A stretch of 55,084 nt of DNA, filler included, from Sphacelaria rigidula (Eukaryota), in the NCBI GenBank assembly GCA_964200075.2. It is 6 parts of 6 records of this genome, joined end to end, with 100 filler letters (N's around TTAATTAATTAA, not from the genome) between each part and the next. Parts side by side here need not be neighbours in the genome. Positions count along the whole stretch, not along the records: positions 27,595 to 36,692 come from CAXNAA020009308.1; positions 36,793 to 45,888 come from CAXNAA020009309.1; positions 45,989 to 55,084 come from CAXNAA020009310.1; 3 more parts are not named here. The stretch is one strand, 5' to 3'. The notes below the pieces were generated by a model. That model worked only from the letters and a program-made list of their open reading frames with translations, was not told the DNA's origin and searched no databases. Of the stretch, positions 35,150 through 47,055 are shown piece after piece. Every line of letters begins with the position of its first letter. Position 1 is the stretch's first letter. A program made the position numbers and the translations under genes.

Positions 35150-35960
35150 GCCGAGAGTCCCGAAAAGCGAAGCGACCAAGGGGTGTTCGGATATCGTCGT
35201 GCATGTTTACGTGCTCGTGAATGTGAGGTGTTTCAACTCTATTCTGCAGCAAGTACAGGACGGCGTAGTTGTACACCATATGCGGTGTGTAGTAGAGTTC
35301 TGTACCCGAGATGAGACTGCCGTATTGAAACCTCCCATCATGTGCACATGAACTTCAGCAGCTGTAATTTTCACATATCAACCGTCACCTGTTCACTTAA
35401 TCTTTTTGGAACCCATTGACGATTTCCGTTTTTGTGAATCGACACCATTCTATGTCATTTTCAAGTAAAATGAGACCGAAAGGGTTAATCGGAGAGCAGA
35501 ATCCCAGCATCTCTCCCACGGCGTAAGCAGGCAGCTCCAAACTATCGAAATGAAGATACTCATTAGGTCCGCCTGACATACTCGCAGACCCGTGATGAAT
35601 CAACCAGCTGTAAACACGCCCACTGAACGTTGTTCCGACTGCAATCGTGCACCTGAACGAGGTAACAACGGTGCCCTGAGTCTACAGCACCTCCCAAGGC
35701 TCGCTTACTTACTGCCAATGAGTAGTCGAACGAAAGCTTGACCAACTTAGACATCATTGTTGCCTTGTAATAATTCAGCTTTTTTTTTACATTGAGGGGC
35801 AATTCCTGCCGCTGTATTCGATAAGAGCTTCACACAAGCTTGCCCAATTTCCGAAAACTTGCAAGAGATGAAAAAAAGTCTGTCACCGACACGCAATCTC
35901 GCGATAGTCTCTAGACTTACATCACTTCGAGTCACGGAGCAACTGCCAATGTGCCATTTC
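35150..35960 (-). pseudogene. Ulp1/SENP-like (peptidase C48) protease remnant, apparently intronless
   Basis: Collinear with the C48 consensus: LNYYKATMMSKL, FDYSLAVSKR, VDSGHRCYLVQVH, NVQWACL (HW), YLHFDSL, TPHMVYNYAVLYLLQN (QxxxxxC region). Frameshifted. Confidence 0.5.
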
Positions 35961-36103
35961 CCGAAATCCTTGGCAAAAACAAGTATCTAGACTCCACTCG
36001 GGCAAAGAAAACCTCGATTGGTACCAAACGTCAAATTTCGAAGCGTCCGTAACTGTTCGTCTCTCTCATTCGAGACAGGGTACCTTCCAACATGCAAAAT
36101 GTG

Positions 36104-36367
36104 CACGGTTGGTTAGGACCAATCGTCACGACTACCACTCACCAAAGCCACGATCTCTTTGGCCTGATCGCCCAAAAAGGAGAAGAAAGTTGACCGCTGG
36201 TCCAAGGGGTATTCGACGCAACTTTTGCGCTATTCCACGTGTCTCTGCTGCGTGTACCTGGGTTGCAACCCTGAAAACAAAGCGTAGAGATTGATTCGTA
36301 CGATTGGAATCAATTATATACTAGAACGAAGTAATTTCCAGACGACTCATCATTTGTTCGACCCTTG
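36104..36367 (-). mobile_element. hAT-type MITE, inverted copy
   Basis: Reverse complement of 49834-50090; ends ...TCGACCCTTG; TSD eroded. Confidence 0.82.
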
Positions 36368-36443
36368 CAAATTTCCTTCGTACGTTTCATACCTGCCCAA
36401 CGGAGTGCAACAGCCAAACGATACAGCATCCTGCAACTAAATC

Positions 36444-36692
36444 ACGGTTAGGACGAATCGAAGTTCATGCGAGTTGACTTCCCATGAATTGACAGGATTC
36501 AACTTGTATAAATCGTTGGTGCCGCTGAGTCGAGGGTGGATAGCACATATGCAGTGCAGGCATCTTGCACGCATTACAGGCTGGGCCGCCTAAGAAGCGG
36601 ACTTTCCTTCAGCCGGTTCTAACTGATGATCTATCGCGAGTTGTGCCTACTATGACACATCGTGGTAATCTGCAAATCAACGCGCGTCTTTC
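36444..36692 (-). mobile_element. Related hAT-type non-autonomous element end with a different body
   Basis: CACGGTTAGGACGAATC terminus; subterminal ~60 bp homologous to 53855-53915. Far boundary uncertain. Confidence 0.55.
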
Positions 36693-36792
36693 NNNNNNNN
36701 NNNNNNNNNNNNNNNNNNNNNNNNNNNNNNNNNNNNTTAATTAATTAANNNNNNNNNNNNNNNNNNNNNNNNNNNNNNNNNNNNNNNNNNNN
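36693..36792. other. Artificial contig-joining linker
   Basis: N44-TTAATTAATTAA-N44. Confidence 0.98.
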
Positions 36793-36950
36793 ACACAAAC
36801 CCAGTCGACTACTTTGTTTAATCACGTTCTCACGCTTTCCACGGTGGAAATCATACATTACGAAGAAAAATCCCAACGCATCGGGAATCGAATCCCCGTT
36901 CTCTCCACCCTTATGGCGACAGTCGGACCATTACACCACCCGGGGCGCGG
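36793..36950 (-). mobile_element. tRNA-derived SINE (family 2), truncated at contig start
   Basis: Minus strand: CGCCCCGGG, A box TGGTGTAATGG, B box GGATTCGATTCC, then TGGGATTTTT. Confidence 0.7.
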
Positions 36951-37574
36951 CGGCTATGTGTGCGTGTGTTTCGTGAAGGACCTGGGGTCGCGTGTCGTAA
37001 TGTCGTCACTGATCCATCGGTGACTTTTGTGCTGTCGATACCTTCAAAAGAAGTGGACAAGATACCAGTAGTCGGTTTACCGTCTGAAACAAAGAAAACA
37101 GATTGACCAGGGTTCTTCCCTTGCTTCAAGTACTGTCATTTGTACGTTCGGCGTCACGGAACGCGTGGCTCACCAAGTATATATCTGTTGGTGCTTTCCC
37201 CTCATGCCATGTCATATCATGCCCAATGATACCATTTCTCTGGTGGGTTTGTTCTTTTCATCAATCACCCGTAACTCGAGATTCTGTTTAATCTCGGAGC
37301 ATGAATACTGTACCGCCGTATTGCACTTGAAAATATATATCTTTCGTGTTTGTGCGAAATGTTTGTCTCTCTCTGCGATGATTCATCTTGCTGTCTCACG
37401 TACCCTCCCGACCAAGCAAATTCTGGATAGAAGACTATTTGAACCTCTGTGTTGAAGGTCCCCTGCTGGACCCGCAAGAGACAAGCCAAGGCTATGGTCT
37501 GCCAAACGAGGCGGGCTAAGCTCGTCTTGATGTCGATTGACGTGGAATTGAAAAAAAAACGGTTGTACGCGCAG

Positions 37575-37793
37575 GTGGTGCTCTCGGAGGTGGTGGCTGC
37601 TGTACCGCAGTTGAGTGATAGCGTCGGCGGCTTGGATGCTGCCATGAAAATAACGCAAAGGTCGTTCACCAGCAAGCGAGGGCAGGGCAGGCGACCACCA
37701 AGGGCAATCACGTGGGAGCGTCTGCGGTCTGCGGACGCGTCATTAGAGCAGGAGGTATGGAAGCTGGCGCAGTCCTACGGCTATTCAAGGTGA
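37575..37793 (+). CDS. Probable terminal exon of a sulfotransferase-like protein
   Basis: CAG| acceptor at 37574. The peptide ending ITWERLRSADASLEQEVWKLAQSYGYSR* resembles the TWxxL..D..L....LA..YGY C-terminus of algal sulfotransferase-fold proteins. Confidence 0.4.
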   Translation: MVLSEVVAAVPQLSDSVGGLDAAMKITQRSFTSKRGQGRRPPRAITWERLRSADASLEQEVWKLAQSYGYSR

Positions 37794-39340
37794 GAGCACC
37801 CGGGAGAGGAATGGGGGGAATAGGACGTCAGCATGCCGCTAAAGTAGGGTTCGGGATAGATTGCAACGCCCGCCAGTGACAACTGCGCCACAGTCGTTGG
37901 TCAAGCTGGTAAACATGAACGCTTCTTCGGGTGAATTTCTCGGGTCTGAAGAACCTCGACACGAAGTGTAGATTTGATTTTTGTTTTTTTCTTGTTTCCT
38001 GTCGATCCGAAGACATGAGGGAAACGTGAGGTGTTCGATATCAATTGTCAAGTGGCAAAAAAACTGAGAGTTTTTATGGAGGTTGACGATGGCAACCTAC
38101 CATGAGCACCAAGAGTAGACACCGTTATTGCGAGTGTGGCGAGCAGGTATCACTAACTGACGAGTCGTTTTTCTCTTGTGTCAGCGCGATTCATCTCCAA
38201 GCACACGGCTCTTTTGCCAGGCTGGCACACACTAAAGCCTCAACTTTGATGCCTGCTGCTTGCGAGACAAATCTTCAGACGGTGAAAGGCCCACGCCTTG
38301 TTAACCCCTTTGGGAACCCTCCCCTCCCGTCCCCGGTCCAGACGCCTCATTATTTCAAGCGCTGACGGAGAAGAAAATATGGGAAAAGAAGACACCACCA
38401 CAGAAGAATCCACCAACATACGTCATGCTCGCACCAAAATGTCGCCGTGGTGCGGTCGCATTATTTTCATCGAAGGAGGGGACGCAACGGGTCAAATATG
38501 CTCAACTTTGTGCACACAGCAAAAATCAGCACCACCTGTATATTTTCCATGTATTTAGTCCCGTGTGGCACTGCGGCACACATTCACATGAATATTGGTG
38601 ACGCACCCCACCGGAGTATTGTTGTGCTGCAGTCCGGAGGTCGTACACGCCCAACCCTTGGCACGCGTGCTAAGCCACATCACAGAAACAGAGTAGCATG
38701 GCCGAGCACACGGAAATCTCCTCACCACACGTGGAAGGATTGAAGTGCGACACAGTATTTACGCGATTCACGGCCCGTTGGAAGCGGTCGCGGGTCTGAA
38801 AAACACGTCTTGGACAAAATGGTGGTCCTTGGAAGCTGCAAACAATCAACCATATGTTGTTGAAAAAACAGCACCTCGAAATCAGCACTTCTCCATTGCC
38901 GGTACCAAAAGGGTTGAAGGTATTTTCTCCACACTCCGTTCATGCCCCCCCCTCCCCTTCCCGCTCTTCCGCCCTACCCTGGACTCCAAGGCTCTCCTTA
39001 GAAGCCCTAACCTCAAGTATAATAATATGTAGCATCACGACAAGGCTTCAATTTGTGGGGAAAATTCCAAGCTAGACCCCTTTCGATGAGACCGAAAAGA
39101 AGAAATAAATGAAAAATATATATTATCTTGCGTTCATCTTTCCTTTTTCTTTTTTTTTCGAAAATGCCACGTTATAGAGGCATTCATTGCAAAAATAGGA
39201 AGTGGATGCATCGCGTGTCGCGACAAAAGGAGAGTAGTGAGATGCACTGTTGATCATCGAAACGTGCAGTCAATAAATGCATCTCCTGTATATTTTGGTC
39301 GCGCCGCCTCCTCATCATTACCCAATCGATTATACTGGCT

Positions 39341-39693
39341 CTGTGTGTGTTGTCCCTTTTATTCTGGACGCCAGTCTACACCTGTCAGTATATACGGACG
39401 ATTCAGCCGGGGTCACACAGGAGGACGGCCGGGGAGTTTTTCTTTTTTGTCTGTTTCTCGTTCTCCACCTGCTTCCTTCTGCGGTGCTTGCTTCTATTGT
39501 TCATCGCGAGAGGGGCCCGGCACTCCCTTTCCCTCGTCGACCATTAAGTCGAATTTTGTGTACCCACGACATGGTCGCTCTCCACTGTTGGGCGTTGTGC
39601 GAGAAAAAATCCCAGATCGCTCCGAGATTTGAACCCACGACCCAACCGTCAGAGGGTTTCGAGGTTACTGACTGAGTCACCGGGGCGACCGGC
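39341..39693 (-). mobile_element. tRNA-derived SINE (family 1), ~350 bp
   Basis: Minus strand: GTCGCCCCGG, A box TGACTCAGTCAG, B box GGTTCAAATC, TGGGATTTTTT, body, short (CA)n tail. Confidence 0.8.
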
Positions 39694-42600
39694 TACCTGT
39701 ACCACGGAAATCATCCTATTGATCAAACACCTCCCTCACCATGCACGGCACAGCACGCATATGAGCCATGTGTGTTGTATAATCCTAGGGTCTGTAGGCT
39801 GAACGCCACTGGCGACAGACCTCTCATGTCCATCCCTCCCAAGAAGCCGTGAGACATCTCCCGATTTGTTTTTGGTGCACATCGCGAGAACCCAGAGGAG
39901 CAGCGCGGTGACAGACGCTAAACTACACTCACTCATTGCGGTGCGTTTTGTAATGCTACAGCCGGTAACTTACGGCCGAGAGCCGGTGATGTTGGGGCAG
40001 ACGCGAATTGCCGTGGCTCCCGAAATGCTGGGTAGGTTGCGGACAAAAGAAACCTTGTGTGGATGCTGCTGTACAGGGGATGGGCTCGGACGTGTTTTGC
40101 TGCTGTGCGACTTTTCGCGTGTGCCGTCAGGCTTACCGGGCGCACCGCGGGGGATGCTACAGTTGTTTTTCGGGTTCGGGTTTCGCACGTAGAACCTACA
40201 CCCCGGTTCTGGACGTGCCTACGTTCCCCGAGCTATTTTCATCACAAACTTCGATGCTCAGACCCAGCACGATACGCAGCCCGAACAAGGAATGGCTCCC
40301 CCGATATTCGAAAGACTGGCTGCTGCGAAGCGCTGGCCTTTCCAGCAGGGCCAATCTTGATTCAACAGTGGTCGCGGTTGCGTAGCTATCGAGTTTTCGC
40401 CACGAGCTGGTCACAGTACAGATAGCACAGCCAGTGCGTCATCTTGTTTTCTCGGCAATAAATGCCGTCCTGGGCCATGACGTACATTTTCAGGTCAAAC
40501 AGTTGTTTCTCCTGGAGTGCTCTTTTCTGCTCCCATACAATGTGATCTTAGATGTGATATATACATATATACAAAATACGAATATGACCATGACAATTTC
40601 CGCGGTGACCCAATTTCGGTGTGGACCGCAACATGTGTTCCTTGGACTATTCTGGAACGCATCATTTCATCATTTTTTCTTTTAGGGCATTCTGTACCGC
40701 CTTCCGGGGGGGGTCTTCATACTGGGACCCCCAGAAGGCGGTAGAGAACGGAGACACCATAAAATATTGTCAAAAATACATGCAATGCTCTTCCCACGTG
40801 GTAAATTGGTGCTAACAAGGGACTAACCCAATTTGGAAAATACGGCCACAGGGTGTTATTCCTTGACTTTGAGTTCATCGCAGCAGTAGCAGTCAGATAA
40901 CCTTCTCAGAAATAAATGCCGGTGTCGCCCATGCTCAACCGCAGTGGTCGATTCAACGCGGTAAAATGCGAGGGGAGCCTTAGCTGACTCCCCCACTACC
41001 CGTACCCGGAGCGAGTTGGTCCTCTCGACTGCGAGAGATCAACCTATCATTCTCCACCAGTACTTTCCCGGTAACTCGTCAAGCACTGCGTTACATCGGC
41101 ACTCAGAGTTCGTCGAATTTCGCTCAAGTTTCCGCAAAGTCGCGGTTGTACCCCTTTCACGACGGGGAAACACTGAACACAACACAGCCTTACTGTTGGA
41201 TCCTTTTCCACTACCCTGCCCGAGCTAGCCCATGCATGTACCAGTTTCACGACAGGAGCGGGAATGCCAGATATTCCGTTTTTTTTTGTTTCGTTGGAGG
41301 TAGGAGGAAATATGACCCAACAATAACCCCGCGAACGACTTCGTGTGCCAATCACCCGGAGGCTCGGCCTTACTGTCTCGCGGCAGTCATATGGGGGAGA
41401 CGCCTAGGGCGTTCAGAAAGCCTTGCTCAAGACAGTGTGGGGGTTGAACCCAATGGAACCCTCTCTAAACTTGGTGCAGAGCGCACGCCGCGCCGCTCTA
41501 CTCTTGTGAGCTCATGCCCTACAATAGGTTGCTTTGTTGTCGCATCCAAGAGTGATATACGAAAGAAGGATTTTTTTTGTCTGGTAAATTTATGGACGAA
41601 ACACTTTTTTATCGCAGAAAAAGCGACGAACATATACATTTTTTCTTGTTTTTTTTTACCCTCGATGTTCGCATGGTGCAGTGAAAGTGCCTCAGGTTTT
41701 CTCAAATTCCTGGATTTCACCGCGACCACAAGAGCTGTGCTTCACCCCTTGACTTTGACATGCGGTGCTAAATTGCTTTTGAATTTTCGATGTATTCCCG
41801 AATTCATCTGCGATCAAAGAGCTGGAAGCGTTTTCCATGTTGAGAAATGACCCACGTGTGACCAGACGCATCCGGATTCGTGTGTCTGAACTTCCTGTTT
41901 GGAGGTGAGGCGTTAGCATTACATACGTAGAATGTGCATATGTATAATCGTACATACTTTGACACAAACAAAACATGAAGCATAGTAACATTTCAACGCC
42001 TGGCTTGTCTTGAAGCATTCCACGTCGACTATCAAGTATATAGGGTCCACCATTCCAAGAGATTTCAATTTCTTGGCGGCCTGAGATGTAACGTAGTGTT
42101 TTATGCGGCCTATTCCATGAGATGGAGTTTATTTCGACATTGCCGCCGCCTATGCGCGTCATGGTTGATTTATTTTTTGTAGTCGGTGAGAGCAGCGGCT
42201 AGTCGTTCTTTCATGTAAAAACCTCATGCGATCAGCCTCGTGTTCAAGCGTTTGGTTGATGTGGTTATCGCACATCAACTCATTCGCCACGAATCCGCCA
42301 TGCTCGAGAATGGATGTACCCCCAAAGGTTAGCAGCCGGCAGCACACGCTGGAGGAAACTTGGGGAAGGGGAAATACACGGACAGAATGGAACAAACAAG
42401 CCAAGTATGCTGAGAAAAAAAAAAGAGAAGGGACAAAAAAAAACCGGCATGCTAATATCTGGTACAGTTCTTTACATCAAACTCCGACAGGACCTTACCA
42501 CATGGCCTCACGAAAGGAGGCTGTCCAAAAAACAAGGTCTTCAGACACATATGTGTAGTCTGAACAATGATTTCTACATGCACAACAAAGTCCCGGATCT

Positions 42601-43372
42601 GGACAACGGTGAGCATCCCTAGTTTCACCCGTTGAGCCAGTGTCTCAGCGGAAACAGATGAAGAAAAACAATATTTGATCATCCGCCAATCCTGTGTCAG
42701 TGTGGTCTCAGTCGGTAACCGAAATGCTATTGCTATCTATCCTCGAATGTCAAACATGTATAATCACACGCAAGAAACATTTGTACACGACATAACCAGC
42801 ACTCGTGCAGCCATAACATCTGGAAACTCCAACTGGTGACAATGACGACGGGGGAAAACGCCCATCTCCTCATGACGTCTTGCTCGCCCGTTGACCCGTT
42901 TCCGCATGCGTGCCGTACATCCGCTGGCAGGGATCCGCCGTAACAACAGCCACTGCTGCGGTCGCCTAGGTGTAGCACATTTCACGCCGTGGAGTCTTCG
43001 ACCATGATCAGGATGGCCTTTGGGTTGACAAGAAAAGATCTGCGGTTTTCCGTATACATTCATGTATATCTTGTGTGTTGAATGTTTAAGCCAATAATCT
43101 CCGCAGAAAGTTTGTTTGTGCATTTGTGAAAGTCTGCTTGCTTGTTTTCTGCAATTGTTGCGATTTCGTTCTGTTGGATTTTCTTGTGTTTGTTGAGGTG
43201 ATCGAGCGGGTGAGAGTTGAATCTGAACCCTTCTTGTCACTTGAGCCGAGAATGGTGTCTCTTGGTGTTGCCAATGTGAAAAGGTGATGGAACTCTCGGT
43301 CTGAACTTGTGGTGATGTGCTCGTTCCTTGTATAGGGTAGTAAAGGGTAGTATCCACAATGCATGTATGTAT

Positions 43373-43631
43373 CGAGGGTCGGACGAATTATCGATTCGCC
43401 TGGAAATGACTTGATTTCAGTGTGATTGATTCGTACCGTACGAATCAATCCTCAGGCTTTGTTTTCAGCGTTGCGAACCAGGTGGGCACAGCCCAGGCAC
43501 GTGTAACGGCGCAAAAATTGCGTGGAAACCTTTTTGACCTGCGGTCGACTTTTTTTCTCTTTTTCAAGCAACCGGGCCTGAAATACCGCGGATTTGGTGA
43601 TTCGAACCGGCGATGATTCGTCCGAACCGTG
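43373..43631 (+). mobile_element. hAT-type MITE
   Basis: Same termini as the other copies; TSD GTATGTAT/ATATGTAT (7/8). Confidence 0.88.
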
Positions 43632-45692
43632 ATATGTATATACATATGGACTGAGATGGTAAGGCTCGCCATGTCGCACTGTGCGCACGCGTGCCAGTTC
43701 GCTCAAGACTTATCCTGCGATAGGGGGGGGGAGGGGAGGGTTCCACGAAAAACGGGGGCTCATAAGTGTGTCAGACGATCTACCACACTCGCGGTGCGCT
43801 TGTATTTGGGTGAAAACGGCGCCAAGCAGTACGAATGTATGTGTGTGTGTCTATTGGTAGCAAGCGCGTTTGAACAAGCGTTGCTGTTCCAACGCCCATT
43901 TAAAGTTGAGCGCAGAAGAAATGGCCCAAAATACCCCCGTCCCTGTCGTAGAATGACTCTCTTGCACTTGGTTTGTTTAAATTTTGATCTGAGTATCGCG
44001 AGGAAAATTGGCGTTTTCTTCAATGAAGAAGTAGGTGGATGGCCGTCGAGTGAACACGGCACCCATTCAGTGCCTATGCAACAAGTTGCACAGTGGTTCA
44101 TCGCCACTTGTCATTGATTTCATACGATGCACCTCGAAAATGCATTTGTTTTTTTCATTCTTGTTGTATATTAGTCCGAGATGGTAATAGTGATGAGGTA
44201 TTTCATTCCGCAGGGTGGGATTTCAGGGCTCGTTGTTCCCGTCCAAATGCGTTTTAACGCTCACGGTGATCGGGTCTGGCGTGTGTTTTGTGGATCCAGT
44301 ATCGTCCCGTCGTGTTTTCTGTGGTTTTTGTTTGCACCAGAGCTCGCCGAGCTGGAAGAGTTTTCGCTGTTTCGTCTGGGAGTTGTATGGTGAGACTGTC
44401 GTCACACGATCAATCGTTCGTCATGTCGCGTGTGTTGCGTACAACATGTGGTCTCTAGCTGTACCTATGGTCGTACGCGTATAGTACACGTTGCAAGCTG
44501 GGTGGCCTTGTGTGCTGGCTAGTTTTAGTCGCTAGTAAATCTGACTGTATGCCATGTGTGGTTTTGAGTTCGGCTTCGTTTCCCGCAGCTCTGGAGCGCA
44601 ATCTAGTTTCAGTGGGTTGGGTTTTCCTGTTTTGTGCGTCTTTTGTGGTTGGATCCGATGCTCAAGGGTAGGTAACAGAGTAGAGCGCCAACTCGGAGGG
44701 TGGGCACGCGTGCACACCAGAATCAAATTTTTGTTTTGGTCGGAAGTCCTTCTATTCTGCAGTGTACGCTTGAGTGCATCCTGTCTCACACTGCTCCTTT
44801 TCGTACGTCAGTCATGAAGTATGTATGAGTCAAAGGCTCTCGCAGTACTGAGAGAAGTAAGCGGCGGTTGTGGTAAAAGCTGTACACATGGTAACTATCG
44901 TTTCATGTGTTAGAAACCTCCCCTATTCGACACTTGAAATGAATAAAACTCCTTCCATGTACAGCCGTTTTTCTGGGTTTTTTTAGATTCCCAGGAAATT
45001 TGTAAGAGTATAATGGGTTTCCGAATCTGTCTTGATTCATGAGATCACGGGGAGAAATGTAACGCTGAGAAAAAAATACTGTTTTGCATGTAGTTGTCGC
45101 TTAGTAAGGGACCCATGGCTTGCAAAAGTCATTGGGATAGAGCAGAGTACAAATACAAATGACTTGGAGTGGCAATACTGCGGGTGCTCTGGGATACCCA
45201 GTAATATCGGCAGTTGGTACTCCGGGCACTGTTGAATACACATAACTTCAAGGAGTTGGTACTCCAGGTACTTGGGTATAGAGCATTTCACTGAGTACAC
45301 CAAGTATGACACCGGCTATTTCGGGGTGTGGGTACTCCAAGGACTACAGAGTAATCAGCTCTTTTTGGCATGTGGTCAATGAACACCCAAGTGTCGCTTC
45401 TCTAGAGCGGGTAGGTGACGGTTCATAGCGCAGCTGTTGTGTGTGGTTGAATAGATGGAATCAAATGCCACAGCTGGACAGCAGTCTAGTCGCTGTTGCG
45501 TTACGTCGCTCACTGGGCGCATCTCGGAGATGTTCTGTACACAGGTGTAGAGCAAGATAATTTGCATGGTTGATTGGTTGAGCAGATGTGCATCTGATTT
45601 ACTGCTTGTAACCTTCACGCTTTTTCGACGTCTGAGCTCCTCACGATCGGGTTTGTCCCCCAAGCCATGCTACGGGGGTGCCCATTTCTTTC

Positions 45693-45755
45693 GTCGTGTG
45701 TCGTGTGTCGTGTATCGTGTGTCGTGTGTCTTGTGTCTTGTGTCTTGTGTCTTGT
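45693..45755 (+). repeat. Short-period microsatellite (CGTGTGT)n grading into (CTTGTGT)n
   Basis: Directly visible. Confidence 0.85.
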
Positions 45756-45888
45756 TTCTTCTCGTTTGTCACAAATTGTTCTGATCGGCACCCGTGTTTT
45801 TCTTTTTTCTTTTTCCTATTCTCTATTTTCGCTTGCTTGCTTTTTCCTCGAGTTTTTTTTTTTTTTTTTTTTTTTCCTGTTAGTTTTT

Positions 45889-45988
45889 NNNNNNNNNNNN
45901 NNNNNNNNNNNNNNNNNNNNNNNNNNNNNNNNTTAATTAATTAANNNNNNNNNNNNNNNNNNNNNNNNNNNNNNNNNNNNNNNNNNNN
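45889..45988. other. Artificial contig-joining linker
   Basis: N44-TTAATTAATTAA-N44. Confidence 0.98.
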
Positions 45989-46041
45989 CGAGGTCAATGG
46001 TCTGATGACTATGGCAAGCATGATCATGAGTACACCCCCCG
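45989..46041 (+). mobile_element. 3' terminus of the C-tailed LINE family
   Basis: GGTCAATGGTCTGATGACTATGGCAAGCA..ATGAGTACACCCCCC. Confidence 0.8.
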
Positions 46042-47055
46042 CTGCGTTCCTTCCCTCTGTGTATGGGTATAGCTAAAGGATCAGATCCCACCAAACCTCC
46101 AGCGAGCGTGACCCCTTTCTACCGCCAGCTCTGAAATTTACTCCTCTGACCGCCGGGGTGGGGCACTTGGGTCTTGTATTAATTTTCCAAGTGAAAATTA
46201 TGCCGAAGCAACAGAGGACTCAACCGGGGTGACACGTTCTCCATGTTGTTCGAAACAACGGGCGAATGCTGTAGAGACGGCGCGGCGCACATGGCGGTAC
46301 GGATAGGCTCAACAAAAATAATAACACACAGAAGAGCATACTACAGTCGCCATGATGCTGTCTGTTCCGGTACAGGCCACATTCTCTACCTTGGGTTTCC
46401 TATGTTACTGGGTAAACAAAGCAGCAGCTCTTTTCCCTTCATAGTTTGTCAGGGTGTATTATACATATATGCGAAGCAAGCGAGCGCAGAATTCTGAGCT
46501 TGAAACAATCAACATAGAGCACTTATTTATTTCCAAACTGGCAGTGGGAAGTCACGCAAACAAAAGGAAGTCAGCCACACGACGAGTAGTGAGAGATGGG
46601 AGAGTACAACATCATGCTGCACTGCTATACCCGGCGCTGGCTGTTCTAGCTCTGATTAAAAGTGTGACCCAAGTCACCCCGGTCGAAGTGGTCATGCGGT
46701 TTGGTGTACCAAGTGAATATTCATATCCCTGGCGGGCATACATCCAGGATACCCCAAGTTCATACGGATATGCCACATGGATCTAATCTCCCACGCGGAT
46801 ACCCCAGACGGACAACCCAGGTGAATATCTCGGATGGAGGTTGCACGATTATGCAGGCCTTGCCCCCGAAGCTCCTGATGAAATTCTCGGGGATTTCAAG
46901 CACCCACGTTTTTCATAGTGTGGTCGGCAGTGCATCATCATGCGCTGTGTTTCGTGCTGTTCTTCCAACGACTGCGTCAGGTTTTGATGAGCTGCGCCAT
47001 CGCCATGTGTTCAGCAATACACACGTCGATATTCGTACGGTTATGCACTGTGCAC

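Noticed and set aside
36870-36950. Functional tRNA genes (also 39615-39693)
   Set aside because: A and B boxes are present but no complete cloverleaf, and each continues into a SINE body.
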